DNA from: Xylographa opegraphella
Taxonomy: Eukaryota
Assembly (NCBI GenBank): GCA_022813865.1
Contig: JALDZX010000030.1
Span: 62,001-126,000 of the forward strand
DNA length: 64,000 nucleotides
Reading direction: 5' to 3'
The notes below the pieces were generated by a model, which saw nothing but the letters and a program-made list of their open reading frames with translations, searched no databases and had not been told where the DNA came from. The translations under genes were made by a program, and so were the position numbers. Below, one piece after another: positions 1-13,741 of this stretch (positions are counted from its first letter, which is position 1; each line of letters starts with the position of its first letter).

Positions 1-538
1 CCTTGATCGTTTCTGTTGTAGCATCTCCGACAGCTATGAGCTTGATATCCCCCCAGCCAGGCCCTTGAGGTAGATTCCGTCCGCATTCTCTGACATAGGA
101 TAGAAGGAACTTGCTTATTTGCTTCACTATATATGAAGTCAGCTTGCTAGACGTTCAAGCGAAATTCTGAGACTCACAATTCTGCCATCTTAAAACCCAA
201 TTGCCGGATTTTTCCCTTCCCTCGGGTAATTCACCAGCAAAGTATATAGGGTCCAGATGGTCTAGGCCCAAGAGTCAATTTGTGAAAGGTGTATAACAGA
301 AGGAGCACCAACGGAGAACCTCCCAAATAATATGTCCATCATTTAAGTTGTTTAAAGAAGAGACCGTTTCCGAAACTGGCAGACTGTTGATCTGGAGAAT
401 AGTAATCATATTAGCATTAATTCTCGAGTCGTACCGGTCACACCGATCAGGCCGAAAGCAACCACACATCGTCAGACGTACCCATTCCAGAAGGGCCGCC
501 CCTTCAGCTGACAGGCGATCTTTGCGCACCTGGTTCAT
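1..538 (-). CDS. Hook-family microtubule/endosome adaptor, 5' part only (runs off window start)
   Basis: ATG at 538; MNQVRKDRLSAEGAALLEW, GTACGT donor, then INSLPVSETVSSLNNLNDGHIIWEVL. AALLEW-xNS...L.DG..W resembles the Hook N-terminal domain; further spliced exons toward position 1. Confidence 0.7.
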
Positions 539-1177
539 CGTATTTTGTGTATGATTGGTTGGACGCAGAATTTAGACGATGAGCAAAAAGCGAGTGGAAG
601 TACAGCATTATGTCAATCAACCTACAGGCAAGTTCTGATTATCTATGACTTTCCGGGGTATGGGAGGACTCGATAAAGGGTGTTTGTCTGGATTCGGCGC
701 TAGTGAGTATTGCAAGAATGGGATTCCTTGTCTACCAATGCAGATGCGGTCGTCGAGTGTCCGTTCCTTTGATTACGTTGGAAACGCTACATTTCCGACT
801 CCGAAACGGGCATCAACGGAACAAAGACACTACAGTATATGATCCGGGCTTGGGCTAGATGAACTAAATCATTTGAAAATTCTCATATTGAAATTTAGCT
901 ACACCACTGAATTGTGACACCAACGTAAAGCCCTCGGAGTTCCGACTCCACCCAGGTCAAGCATCGACCTTGGCGTGTTTGGCCAGTAGGTTCCAGCAGG
1001 CTCATTAATTCGACGCCTTCCCCTCAAGCCCAGTCCAGTTTCCGTATCCACCAACACCATGTGATGCCTTCGTTAAACTCTGACGTTTTGTTGAAACCGA
1101 GTAAGTGTAATATAAGAGAAGCCACTCAATAGCTCCACATGAAGGTAGATTGATCCAGCGAAGTATGGAGCAGCTCA

Positions 1178-1630
1178 TCAAGACGCGGTCACAACGCTAT
1201 CCTCCTCGATGGTGGGTTGGAAGTCTGAAGACAACGCATGAACTTTGTCTAGTATCTTGACTGATGCCTTTACTGCAAAGCCTCTGTAGGTCAATAGTTA
1301 GCACAAAGGCAAGATAGTACGAAAGTTTCAGTATTATTATACTTGATAAGCTCTATAACATGCATTAGCAGATATACAGAGTATCACGAGAATTTCATTT
1401 TGACTCACCATATTCATGCGTAATTACACCACCCTAGAATCTCAGATCAGTATCGGTGTTTGTCACAAGGTAACGAGACACACCGCAGATGTGATGGCCA
1501 GTTTTGCTTCATCGAGAACGGATTCGGGGGTATTGCTGGGATAGGTGATGACCACTTGCTTTTTCGGAAGTGCGGCGGTTGCGGAAAGAACCAGGAGAGC
1601 GAGAAGAACGGAAAAAATGTAGAGTTTCAT
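1178..1630 (-). CDS. Small secreted protease propeptide/inhibitor I9-like protein (~95 aa, 4 exons)
   Basis: Hand-spliced exons 1630-1484, 1433-1409, 1352-1343, 1283-1178 (all GT..AG) give MKLYIFSVLLALLVLSATAALPKKQVVITYPSNTPESVLDEAKLAITSAGGVITHEYELIKGFAVKASVKILDKVHALSSDFQPTIEEDSVVTAS. Signal peptide plus the GG.ITHEY..IKGF...IEED pattern of I9 inhibitors. Confidence 0.85.
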
Positions 1631-1910
1631 GCTTGCAACTTGCTCGGAACAGGTTTTTTTGAATCTGTAGCTTGAATGGATGAGGGCCCAGGTTGTTTAA
1701 GGGAGTCGAACGCAACCGGATGAATATTGGTGTCTGAGGATTTGTCGGAGGCCAACAGAGGGATGACGTTCAAACTTCGAAGAGAAAAAGAGGTTGGCTC
1801 GTTGTCACGCCCTGCTCCAAGCTTGATTCGGCATAGCCTACCAAGGTAGTTCGTTAGCAGTAGAGACGCGCTAGTGTCAGCCTTTTTGTTTTAGACTTCG
1901 TTCTCATTGT

Positions 1911-1940
1911 CCAACTTCACTCCAACTTCACTCCAACTTC
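1911..1940. repeat. 11-bp micro tandem repeat (CCAACTTCACT x ~2.7)
   Basis: Read directly from the sequence, in the I9/PCF11 divergent intergenic region. Confidence 0.8.
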
Positions 1941-2384
1941 TTTCACCAGTTTCTTGCTCAATTCACTACTGAATTCCTCCGCTATAGACTCGGGCTACTC
2001 GGAAGTAGTGGCATGATCTTATTGTTCGGTCGTACATTTCACTAAGGGTAATGGGTATTGTGCTGTTGTCAATAAGTATTTCAAACAAGGGGTGGCGGAA
2101 CCAGTAGCTATCGTAGCAAGAGGATCGTGATATTGAAGTTGCTCAACACAACTTGCGGGTCTACAAAATGGTGCACTCCTTTAGCTAGCAGCCATTTGAA
2201 ATCACTCATGTGCACATCTATTTCACGAAAACTTGTCTTGCAGACAGTTGTGCTTCCACAGGCATAGTACGCACCAATAGCACTAATTGCGGACCAATCC
2301 TCTACTTACCAGAGCACCACTGATCTGGCTTATTGATTTCGATATCTCCATATTGAATTACTCTTCACCGCGATAAAGCCCATT

Positions 2385-4717
2385 ATGTCTGGAGGACATC
2401 TATCTGAGGAGGTAGCAGAAGACTATAAAAGTGGTCTAGAGTTCCTGACCACTAACGATAGATATGGAATCAATAATTTAACCGTTATCGCCAAAGAGAA
2501 CACGGAGCACGCTGATGCCATAGCTAAAGTATTAGAGGAGCGAATTCGAACGGTAAGTCCTGATCTCTGCCCTTCGTTATTTGTTCAGATGTATCTATCA
2601 AAGAAACAGTTTTAGGACCTCGCTTCATTACCCGCGTATGTTTGCAAGGGAATATCAAACTGACAAACCCGTAGGCACCTCCGAACCACAAGCTTTTTGC
2701 TTTGTATTTACTCGACTCGATTGCTAAGAATATCGGTACACCGTATACGCTGTTTCTCGGCCACAACTTGTACAGAACATTCATGGGAGCCTACAGTCTT
2801 GTTGACCATCAAGTCCGTAAGAAGCTCGACGAGATGCTCAAGACGTGGAAGAACCCGGTCCCTGGATCCACTGATAAGCGACCAGTATTTCCGGTTGAAA
2901 TCACTCGAACTATAGAAACTGCACTCATTAAAGCCCGAACTGCAGCTGTTGAACGGCAGCAACAGGATCAACGTGTAGACATGCTGAGACAAAGAGCTGC
3001 AGCAACGACACCAACTGCAGCCTGGCTTAAATCCTCCACACCCCCTCAAAATATGGGACACTATCCCCCTCCTACAGCTCAAGGATATGTCCAGAACCCT
3101 GTGCCAAATGGACAATTTCCCGTACGACTTTCGTATTGTTCCGAAATATGCTTTCTGACAGCTTTCTAGACATCATCTCCATATCCGCCATACTCTCAGT
3201 ATGTGCCATCTCGACCTATTCCTGCTCATTACCAGATTCCACCTCAGGCACAGGATAACCGTCACTCTCTACCAAATGTGTTTTCGCTTCTCCAAGACAT
3301 TGAAATCCTCATCATTACAACTAAAGATCAATTCGCTCGTAATCCATACGATCAACCTTTACAGACCAGACTCAAGGCGCTTTTAGATCTGCAGACAGTT
3401 CTTAAGACTCAGCAAGTCCCACCACAGATGCTGCAAGCTGCACGAGACCAAATCACCATCATTCAGAATGCTCCAATAATATCGCAACCTCCAACACCCC
3501 AAGTAGCACCCGCTGTGGCTGCTCATCCTCTAATTCAAGCTCAATATCAGTCGATGCCGACCGTACCGTCACCAGTACCTGCACCAGTGCTCCCTTCTGC
3601 AACGTCTCTTGCAGATCTGTTGGCATCGGTCGTGAAAAGCAAGCAAACTCCGGCTTCCGCGGCTCCAAGTCCGACTTTACCGGTTCTGCAGCATTTGCCG
3701 AATGATTCTCAGGCCCAGACCGTTACACCTTCTGCAGCGGGTGCCACCGAGAGTCCCTTGATAGCTTCACTAAGGGCGGCAGGAATACTTCCTCCTGCTG
3801 GTAGTACTCCTGTCAATGGTTCATCAGCCCCAACTCAACCACAACCACCATATCTGCCACACATCCCACAAATTAATACTCCGTCGTTGCATTTCGCTAA
3901 CCTTGTCCGGCCACCTCTACAAGAACTTCGGAATGATGTGGAGCTGAATTCCACATCTCTAAAAGTGTTAGTTCGCGTGTGAATATATCCAAAACTGGCA
4001 CTCCCCCTGATATTTCATAGATCGAGACCACATCTCATCCCAAAGCTTTATGAGGCTCGCCCAAACCAGTGTTCGACATGCGGACGACGGTTTCACATGA
4101 CAGAGGAAGGCAGGACCAGAAAAGCACGACATCTAGATTGGCACTTTCGTACAAATCAACGACTAGCAGACTCCGCCAAGCGAGGTCAAAGTCGAAGTTG
4201 GTATGTCGATGAATTAGTAAGTAATCCAGCTCTGTGATATCAATTTCGGAAACTTAGTCGTGGTTTAGGAATGGATAAGATCGCGCGAGAAAGAGGAAGG
4301 GGAAGACGAGTCCCAAAGTGGGGGGAAAGATTCCAAAAAATTGGCGGCTGCAGCAGCAGTTAAGAATGACCCTAAGACAAAATTCATACTTGCCCCCAGT
4401 GACAAATCTCTGGATAGTCTTCCATGTCCAATATGTCAGGAGAAATTCAACTTATCATTTAGCGATGAAGTGCAAGACTGGGTCTGGATGGACGCTGAAA
4501 AGATCGGGTCCAGAATATATCATGCCAGTTGTTATTCTGAATTGCAGAAGGATGGAGCTAACACGCCGAGAATATCGACTCCTGACTCGGTGCTTGGAAA
4601 GCGCAAAGCACAGGTCCGTGAGTGTCAAACCAGTTCAAGGCGAATGCTAACGTATACTACTAGGCTCTTAATAACAATCCATCTCCCGCCAAGATCAAGA
4701 AAGAGACTGCCGTTTAA
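2385..4717 (+). CDS. PCF11: mRNA cleavage/polyadenylation factor Pcf11
   Basis: CID domain (INNLTVIAKE, YLLDSIAKN, MLKTW), zinc motifs QCSTCGRRF...HLDWHF and CPICQEKF...WVWMDA...YHASC; multi-exon. Confidence 0.93.
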
Positions 4718-5244
4718 CATGCAGTGATCGCCGATCCCCTTCTTCCATTCCTGTTGCTAAAAGTGGTGGTGTTTTCTCGTCCATTCTAATGCCCTGCGAA
4801 CAACACTGCATTCACGAGGCATCCTACATGCATAGAAGGGTACCATGTCCCTCCTTACGCATTTCATGTTCACATATCATGCGTATTCTGAGTGTGCGCT
4901 GTTGCATTAATAGCGACTCCCACGTGGGAACATTGTCATGTACTTCCGCCACACCAATTGACAGATAATCAAATACTATTGATGCACCGTCGATGCAACA
5001 TTCTTCTGATATGACTTTTGTACCTGCGTGAAGCTAGTGCCTCCACGGCTGGCGGCCCGGCAGGCCGGCTAAAGTACGCAGCCTCGCAACTTGTGTCTGA
5101 TACAGGAATGAAAGCCCCACCTGACCCCGCTGTGACTTTTTTGATCTCCGAAAGTGCTCCTGTCTTGACCACGAAGCATCAGCTATCATCTCTGTGTGTC
5201 GTCTTTGCCTCCCTCGTTCGTATCATAGCCATTGCAAAGCAGAG

Positions 5245-6630
5245 ATGCCTTCGCCTCATATCGTCCGCTGGGGCATCTTAGGTAAGACATCGCTGAGAGG
5301 TTGCCCATTCCCCAATGACGGCTGCGACTGACACATTCACAGCGACTGGAGGCATCGCTCAAAGTAACGTTCTCAGAGCCCCTGCCTCAGGCATCATCTA
5401 ACTCTCGTCTGCTCCATAGCCTTTACCAAAGACCTTCTTGTCGACCCTGCCACACGTGATGTGTTCGATATCAGACATACCGTTGTCGCTGCCGCGTCCT
5501 CCAGCTCTGCAGACCGCGCCAAGAAATTCTTACAAGACACAAAATGTCCCTCCTCCGCTGTCGCATACGGCTCTTACGCCGAGCTCGTTGCGGACAAGAA
5601 CGTCGACATAATTTACGTTGCCACGCCGCACTCCCACCACTATCAGAACACGATGCTCTGTCTTGAAGCAGGCAAGCACGTGCTGTGCGAGAAAGCTTTT
5701 ACAGTGAACGCGTTGCAAGCAAAGAAGCTTGTCGAGCTGGCGAAGGCAAAGAACTTGTTCCTTATGGAAGCAGTCTGGACGCGGTATTTCCCGCTTAGCA
5801 TCGAGATCCGGAAGATGATCGAGAGTGGGGACCTGGGCACCGTACATCGCGTGATTGCAGACTTGAGCTTCAATGAAAATGTCGAGAAAACATGGGGAAC
5901 TGAGCATCGGATGGTCAATATGGATCTGGCAGGCGGGGCGCTGCTTGATTGTGAGTTTCCAAACACTCACTTCGTGGATCGCTTTATTGCTCCCTCTTCG
6001 ATTGTCGACCTGTACTGACTCATAAACTTGGCAGTGGGCATCTACTCGCTTACTTGGGTCTTTCATTGCCTTTATCACACCATTCCTCCGTCCGCACGGC
6101 GTGGCCCTACGGTCGTATCCTCAATCGAGAAATACTCGCGCACGGGAGCCGACGAGAAGACCTCTATGCTCCTCACCTTCCCCGCTGCGCCTTCCGACCC
6201 TACGAACTCGCACACCGCACACGGCATTGCGCTGACCAATCTCCGGGTCGCTACCGATGTCGACGGGCACGGAAGCGCCAATCCCGCGATCCGCATCCAG
6301 GGCACCAAGGGCGAGATCATGGTGGATCACCCAGCATACCGGCCGACGCGGTATACGATCGTGATGAAGGGAGACGGTGACGCGAGGGCGGAGGAAGAAG
6401 GCAAGAGGGCGGGGACGAGGGAGGTCGTCAAACCGATTCCAGGCGGACATGGGATGTTTTGGGAAGCGGATGAAGCAGGGAGGTGTGTCCGGGACGGTAG
6501 GCTAGAGAGTGAGGGGCTGGGATGGGAGGAGAGCGTGGTGATTATGGAGACGATGGATGAAGTGCGGAGGCAAGGCGGGTTGAGGTATCCGGAAAAAATC
6601 GAGACCCTCGACTATCCAGTCGAGCTATAG
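5245..6630 (+). CDS. Gfo/Idh/MocA oxidoreductase (dimeric dihydrodiol / D-xylose dehydrogenase-like)
   Basis: VRWGILATGGIA after splicing, YVATPHSHH, GKHVLCEKAF, LMEAVWTR, GGALLD.GIY. Confidence 0.9.
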
Positions 6631-7079
6631 AGGTTTACTTATAACTTTTGGCCAAGGGGACTCGTAAGACTGGTGCGTTTCCAGCTTCAAAACTGGTTCT
6701 TGCAGGAGTCATAGTCATTCGTGTCTTCAGAGGCCCAAAGTATCGCTGATCAGAAGCTTTAAAGCTTTTTCGACATCTCCTATCCAGGCCCATAAGAACC
6801 GTCTCAAGAAAGAGCCTGGAGTACATTATCGTACACAAAGCCAGCTTATGCGGAGGGTATATACAAAGTCCGCGTACATGCTCATGTATTCCTTCAGATG
6901 GTCCATACGAACGCTTTTGGCATATGAACGTCGTCCTATCGTTCTAACGCCTTAATCTTCTCGCAAGACCAATGCTGCTGGGACGAACATCCCTCTGATT
7001 CCTGGCCTAAAGTTGATATCCAGCCCACACTCTATAACTTAATCGAGGCGCCAAAGATCGAGAAATTTGGAGGTGAAGC

Positions 7080-8091
<1,012 letters not shown>

Positions 8092-8756
8092 TGTGATGAA
8101 CCGAAACGTTAGGCAGGACCAGCAGAGGCAATTGGCCGGACGGATCGCTGTTTAAGAGTTCCAAGGAGAGGTGGTGATCCAAAGCTTTTTACGGACCTGG
8201 GGAAGGAAAGGTCGGACTGAGGCCCGCTAAGTACTTACTAGGGCACGAGTTCGCTTCCGATTTCCGCCCTGCTTCGGGGGACTTGCGCTAGGTCGAAAGG
8301 CACAATGGCGGGGACTCCGCACGAGTTCGAAGATATAATTTCTACACTTCTGACAATTTCAAGTTTCTGAGCGATGATCACCGAGTGTCTTAGCTTTGAA
8401 TTTATCCCCGACATGAAGGCTCGAATGTAACAGACTATTGAAAATAGCCTATCTGGGCCTAGCAGCCGTTTATTTACGACCTTGCCCTAATTCGGACTGC
8501 ACCAAGCTTCAGAGCTCCAAGATACCAGAAGTGCTTGTTCATTCACAAACTTTCTCGTCCGCCATCTGGGCTCTGCTTCGCCTCAAGATCCTATCCGTTT
8601 ATCTCAGACCGAGCTTAAATTACGTGCTCGTCTGCCCAGATTAACAGGCTCCGTAAAGGCCAGCAAGTATTGGAAATATTATTCTGCATCAGCCTGCAGG
8701 ACTCCTGCCCCTGTGAAGAATCTTCATCAGTTTAGCAACTACCTGTCAATTTCCAC

Positions 8757-9946
8757 ATGCCTGCCACTACTGCGGAGACACTGTCGCTGGTGACGCGCAA
8801 CGTTTCCGTGGCACCACTGGTCCTTCTCTCCGCAGCGGATCACTTTGGTCGGCAACCAATAGGGTCGAGAAAGCGAGTGGTCGGCGTACTACTAGGACAA
8901 AACGATGGCAAGAATGTTCGAGTCTCGAACAGCTTCGCAGGTCAGCGGTCCCATCATTAAGTCCTTGTTACTGTGCTAGTACTGACAGCTAATACCCATT
9001 GTAGTCCCTTTCGAAGAAGACGACAAGGATACATCAGTATGGTTTCTAGACCACAATTATGTCGAGTCGATGAACGATATGTTCAAAAAAGTAAACGCCC
9101 GCGAAAAGCTGATAGGATGGTATCACTCAGGACCGAAGTTGAGAGCATCGGATTTAGAAATCAATGAATTGTTTAAGAGATATACGCCGAATCCCTTACT
9201 GGTAATCATCGATGTACAACCAAAAGAAGTCGGTGTTCCGACAGACGCTTACTTCGCTGTTGAGGAGATCAAAGACGTAAGAGCAAAGAGTCTTGTCATT
9301 CAGATGGTTGATGCTGATCACTTTGAATCAGGACGGCACAACGACAAATAAAACCTTCGTGCATACCCCGTCAATTATCGAAGCTGAGGAGGCTGAGGAG
9401 ATTGGTGTCGAACATCTTCTGAGAGATATTCGTGATGTGGCAGTGGGCACCCTTTCAACCCGCATAACTTCTCAACTACAGTCATTACAAGGTTTGCATC
9501 TTCGGCTTCGAGATATCGGACAATATCTGCAGAAGGTACTCGATGGGGATTTGCCTGTCAATCACACGATCATGGGAAATCTACAAGATGTCTTCAACCT
9601 TCTTCCTAATCTGTCAACACCCAAAGGTACTTCACAAATCAACGGAACAGACAAGCCGCAAACAGAGAACAGTGAACTAGCGCGTGCGATGAGCGTGAAG
9701 ACCAATGATCAGCTCATGACGATATATCTCAGCAGTTTGATAAGAGCGATCACCGCTTTCCATGATCTTATCGAGAACAAGATACAAAACAGGCAGCAAC
9801 AGGAGGAAAAGGAGGCTAAGAGGGAAGAAGGTAAAGATATGGACGGCAAGAAAGCTAGCGGAGGAATCAACGGTGAAAGCAAGGAGGCAAAAGCCGCCGA
9901 ATCAGCTGGAAAGGATAAAGCGAAGGAGAATGGCACGACGAAGTAA
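8757..9946 (+). CDS. RPN8: 26S proteasome lid subunit Rpn8 (MPN domain)
   Basis: [47 protein letters not shown]; two introns. Confidence 0.96.
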
Positions 9947-10411
9947 AGCTACTCATAGTTGCTATGATTGTCAACTCTGGAGTTCTAGACTTGTTGGAAT
10001 GGTCCTGGCATAAGAGCTTTGTGTATACCTTAATATATTAACACCATGCATAGCGCCGGCAAGCTGTTGCAAAGGACCGCGACTACGAAGTATCAAGCAC
10101 AGCAAAGCCCAAATATGACACTAATGTCTTGGCTACTATCATGATGCCAAGCTCATGAGACTTGATGGTGGCTTTTAATAACAGAGTATATTACGGAGTA
10201 TACTACAAGACCTCATCGGTATTGAACGCCTGTTTTGCCAATTACTCGAAACACATTCCTGACCTTGTTAGGATCCGCGTCCGTGTTAAGTAACGTGGGT
10301 CCGATGTACCGGGCTTGAATGAGTGGCTTGACTCGTTTCTCATCTTACGTATTCCTCGATCTTCGATCAAATATTCCACGTTGATTTTCTGGTGCAAGCG
10401 GTCAGCAATTC

Positions 10412-11104
10412 TTAGCCTCCCCATCCCGCAGCCCAGCCAGCAGTTTCCTCCTGTCCCACAGTCCTCTCATCCAGAAGTTCCTCAAATAGTCCAGATCTCT
10501 CTACCAAAACGCAGGCAAGCAAATGCTTACAAACAGGGATACTGTCCCTTCCTCTCGTCAAGCCTCCAAACCATAGCTTTTTGCTATCTATCCCGTTAGT
10601 ACCATCCTCGTGGCCTTGAACATTTGCTCCCATACCATTGAACGCCGAAAACGTGAAGGCCGCACAGGAACAATTCCAAGCATTGATCCGGACCTCATAG
10701 CTCGTAGCACTTCCTGGAATGCTCTGGTAACGAGATGCTGACCGGGTGGACTGTGCGGACCTGACGTAGTAGACCTTTATATCCTTTGCCCCAATCGTAC
10801 ATACGGTGATATCACTGGGTTGCGCTTCTTCCGATTTTTCGGACCCTCTTTCAGCAGGAGCACCAACTGTTGGAGTTGACTGGTATATCAGGCGGGTAAT
10901 GAGTCTTCGATCGAGTAGATCGAGGGCCGGAAGAAGCTCACTGGGGAAGAGGCAGTGGAGCGTTATGAAGAGGGTTTTGGTAGCGTCTGTAGCTGTGGAA
11001 AGAAGGTTTGAGGGACTTAGGGGAGAGGTAGGAGCAGTGGAGGGAAAGGAGTCAAATAGAGAAGTGATCAGGGTTCGGGAGGTTGGGAGGTTGTAGGTCT
11101 TCAT
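10412..11104 (-). CDS. SWIM zinc-finger protein, probable Sws1 (Shu complex) homologue
   Basis: 230-aa ORF with ALDLLD and the WNCSCAAF...CKHLLA SWIM motif (CxC...CxH). Confidence 0.75.
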   Translation of the reverse strand: MKTYNLPTSRTLITSLFDSFPSTAPTSPLSPSNLLSTATDATKTLFITLHCLFPSELLPALDLLDRRLITRLIYQSTPTVGAPAERGSEKSEEAQPSDITVCTIGAKDIKVYYVRSAQSTRSASRYQSIPGSATSYEVRINAWNCSCAAFTFSAFNGMGANVQGHEDGTNGIDSKKLWFGGLTRGRDSIPVCKHLLACVLVERSGLFEELLDERTVGQEETAGWAAGWGG

Positions 11105-11446
11105 TGATCGCTGAGATCAGGAAGCTGAGCAGGTTGAACGTGATCTCGAGAGTGATTCGATTTCTTGGTCAACATGCCCGGTTCACCACCACTTCTGAAG
11201 TTAAACCTGAGCGAAGCTGAACATAGCGGCTCCCCGAAAAACACCAGTTGTTCTTGGTGGGATTCAGTCTAACAACAGCCGTTTCGATGATGGTAACCGA
11301 ATATGGAACAATCAACTTGAATGTCCCCTCACGCAATAGTCTAGTAGCAGTATTACCCGGTGATGCTGATCTAAATACGGACTTCATATTCCACAACGCC
11401 ACAACTACAACCACTCCAAGCGCCACAGGATCGTAAGTCGTACTTG

Positions 11447-13167
11447 ATGGCCAAACGACCATGGTCATTCAAAGAGTATGCGGAGGTATCTCCGGCCAAG
11501 AGGCCAAGGTATAATTCTGCTGATCGACTGTCGGCACTGAGTGACGAGCTTGTCCTGAGAACGCTCTCGTTCTTGCCAATTTCCAGCCTTGTGGCATGTC
11601 ATAGGTGTGTGGGATCGTAAGGCATGTATCTCTTTTGTGCTAATATCATAGACTTTCACATCGGCTTTATACATTGTCTAGCGATCCCCAGCTATGGAAG
11701 TCTGCCTACTACAATCGCTTTGTAAGGCCTCGGGCATCACGAATCCCTGGCATTCGAGACCAAGGTGTCTCTTTAGCTTCTTTGTTCTACTCCTCGCGCA
11801 TTTCTAAATGGCTCAAGGATGACCATTTGGTCAGAGAAGGTAACGAGACGAACTGGAAGAAGCAGTATAAACTTCGTCATAATTGGTCGAAAGGCAGTTG
11901 CGATGTTAGCGAGATCCTGATCTCAGAAAGACCATCTTTACCACCGATGCTGGTCCGTCTGTACGAGGACATTGTCATTACTGCAGATAAGCCGCATGGA
12001 TTAAGAGCCTGGATAATGAAAGGATCTCAGCGTCTCTTGGCTTCGGTAGATCTCAACCTGGGTGGTGGGCTGCAGGAAGTGTGGGATGCTCCAACATCAT
12101 TAGCGATTGATAATTCGAGCAGCAATGCCGCGTCCCTGCGGATTTCGGTAGGGTTTTCGAATGGAAGATTTGGGGTTTATGCTTTAATCAAAGAGGATGG
12201 AATTCTTACATGCCAATACATGCATGCTGCATCAAGCAATGGGGCGGTATCGGCTATTGCATATGCTGCACCACACTTGGTCACTATGACCGATGCACAA
12301 CTCCTTTCACTTTATAGCTTTCCTACACACTCAACGGATTCGGATTTTAAAAAGGACCCTCCACAGTTGAAGGCATCTTTGAAGTCGCACACGGCTTGGC
12401 CACCACTAACATTATCTATTAGAGCTTCTTCGAGCAGCATTATCATATCAATAGCATATGCTTTACCTACATATCTCTCTGGATGGTCTGTGGGTCTTCA
12501 AGAGCTCCGAACTTCTACGGAGGGAACCGTCATACACTCGCGGCTCACTTCTGCCACAAATCAAGGATTCAGGCCCCTGTTCGCATCTTCCTCTGGCTTC
12601 GCAACGCCGAACTCAGAAACAGATGACACGCCCTCAATTAGCGTGCTGCATGGAGCACCGCCATCTCTAACAAAACCTACATCTTTGTCATATTCTCATC
12701 CATATCTACTTGCATCTCATCCAGATAACACTCTGACTCTTTACCTCGTGCAGTCCAACGATACCGATCTAGTTATCGGAGAGGGGAGTCGTTTGTGGGG
12801 TCATACTTCTTCGGTATCCGGAGCTCATGTTGGAGATCGTGGAAAAGCAGTTTCAGTCAGTGCACATGGTGGAGAAATAAGGGTTTGGGAGCTTGAAGGG
12901 GGAATCGGTTCTGCATCATCCAAGAAGAGAGCAGCTGCTGGACAGACGAGCATTCAGATTAGACCCGAGCCAAAGAAGCCAGAGCAGCCTCCGGGCGCCT
13001 CGGGACTGTCTGTGGACGGATCCGGGAGGCGAAGATCGCACTCTGATCAAGCTATAGATGACATCTCAACTACCAAGGGTTGGGTAGGGTTCGACGAGGA
13101 GAAGGTGGTAGTCCTGCGAGAGAAAGCCCAGGGTACCCAGGCCTTAGTTGTGTACGACTTCTCGTGA
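11447..13167 (+). CDS. F-box protein with beta-propeller-like C-terminal region
   Basis: Exon 1 from ATG 11447 encodes the F-box-like LSALSDELVLRTLSFLPISSLVAC; an intron precedes the 497-aa ORF with DPQLWK, RHNWSKG and LWGHTSSV...IRVWELE. Confidence 0.85.
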
Positions 13168-13741
13168 CAACTGTGACTCCTTATTTCGAGCTATTTCATG
13201 GAAGAATTCAATGTCAGATATAACGAGAGATCCGCAGGCCGATGATACAGGACCCATTGCGCAGTCCTGACGTTAATTTGCAAGGAGTCCTATTAACAGG
13301 AACTCTTCGTACAAGTTTGCATGGCATGTGGAAGGAAAGTCGCGGTGCAAATTCCTGAAGCAAACCCAGTTAGCGTAGTCTCGCGTAGTCTTCCGATTGG
13401 GTCCTTTCGTCTGAGCCGCTAAATTGGCGGTAATTATCATCATCCCACATTGGAACCTTCAATCTTCCAGCCGTTGTAAACGTTCGTCCAAACACAGTTT
13501 GCGAAAAAAACAAAAAAATATTTCTCGACGTTGCAACATCTTGCATTCAACAGCTTGCTCCCACAAGTAAAACTAAATACTCGCAAGGTAAGTCCTCTGA
13601 TACATCTGATCTTTGGTCCGCTCAAAGTTGCGACGAAAAGTGTGGTCAGAGCGATCCTCAAATCGTTCACCCTCAACGGCGCCGTGTCCTACTGCTTACT
13701 AACCTTGACTTTACAGCTCTTCTTGACAGAATCACATAAGT

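Noticed and set aside
5530..6450. Antisense ORFs over the oxidoreductase gene
   Set aside because: Shadows of a GC-rich coding strand; no motifs.
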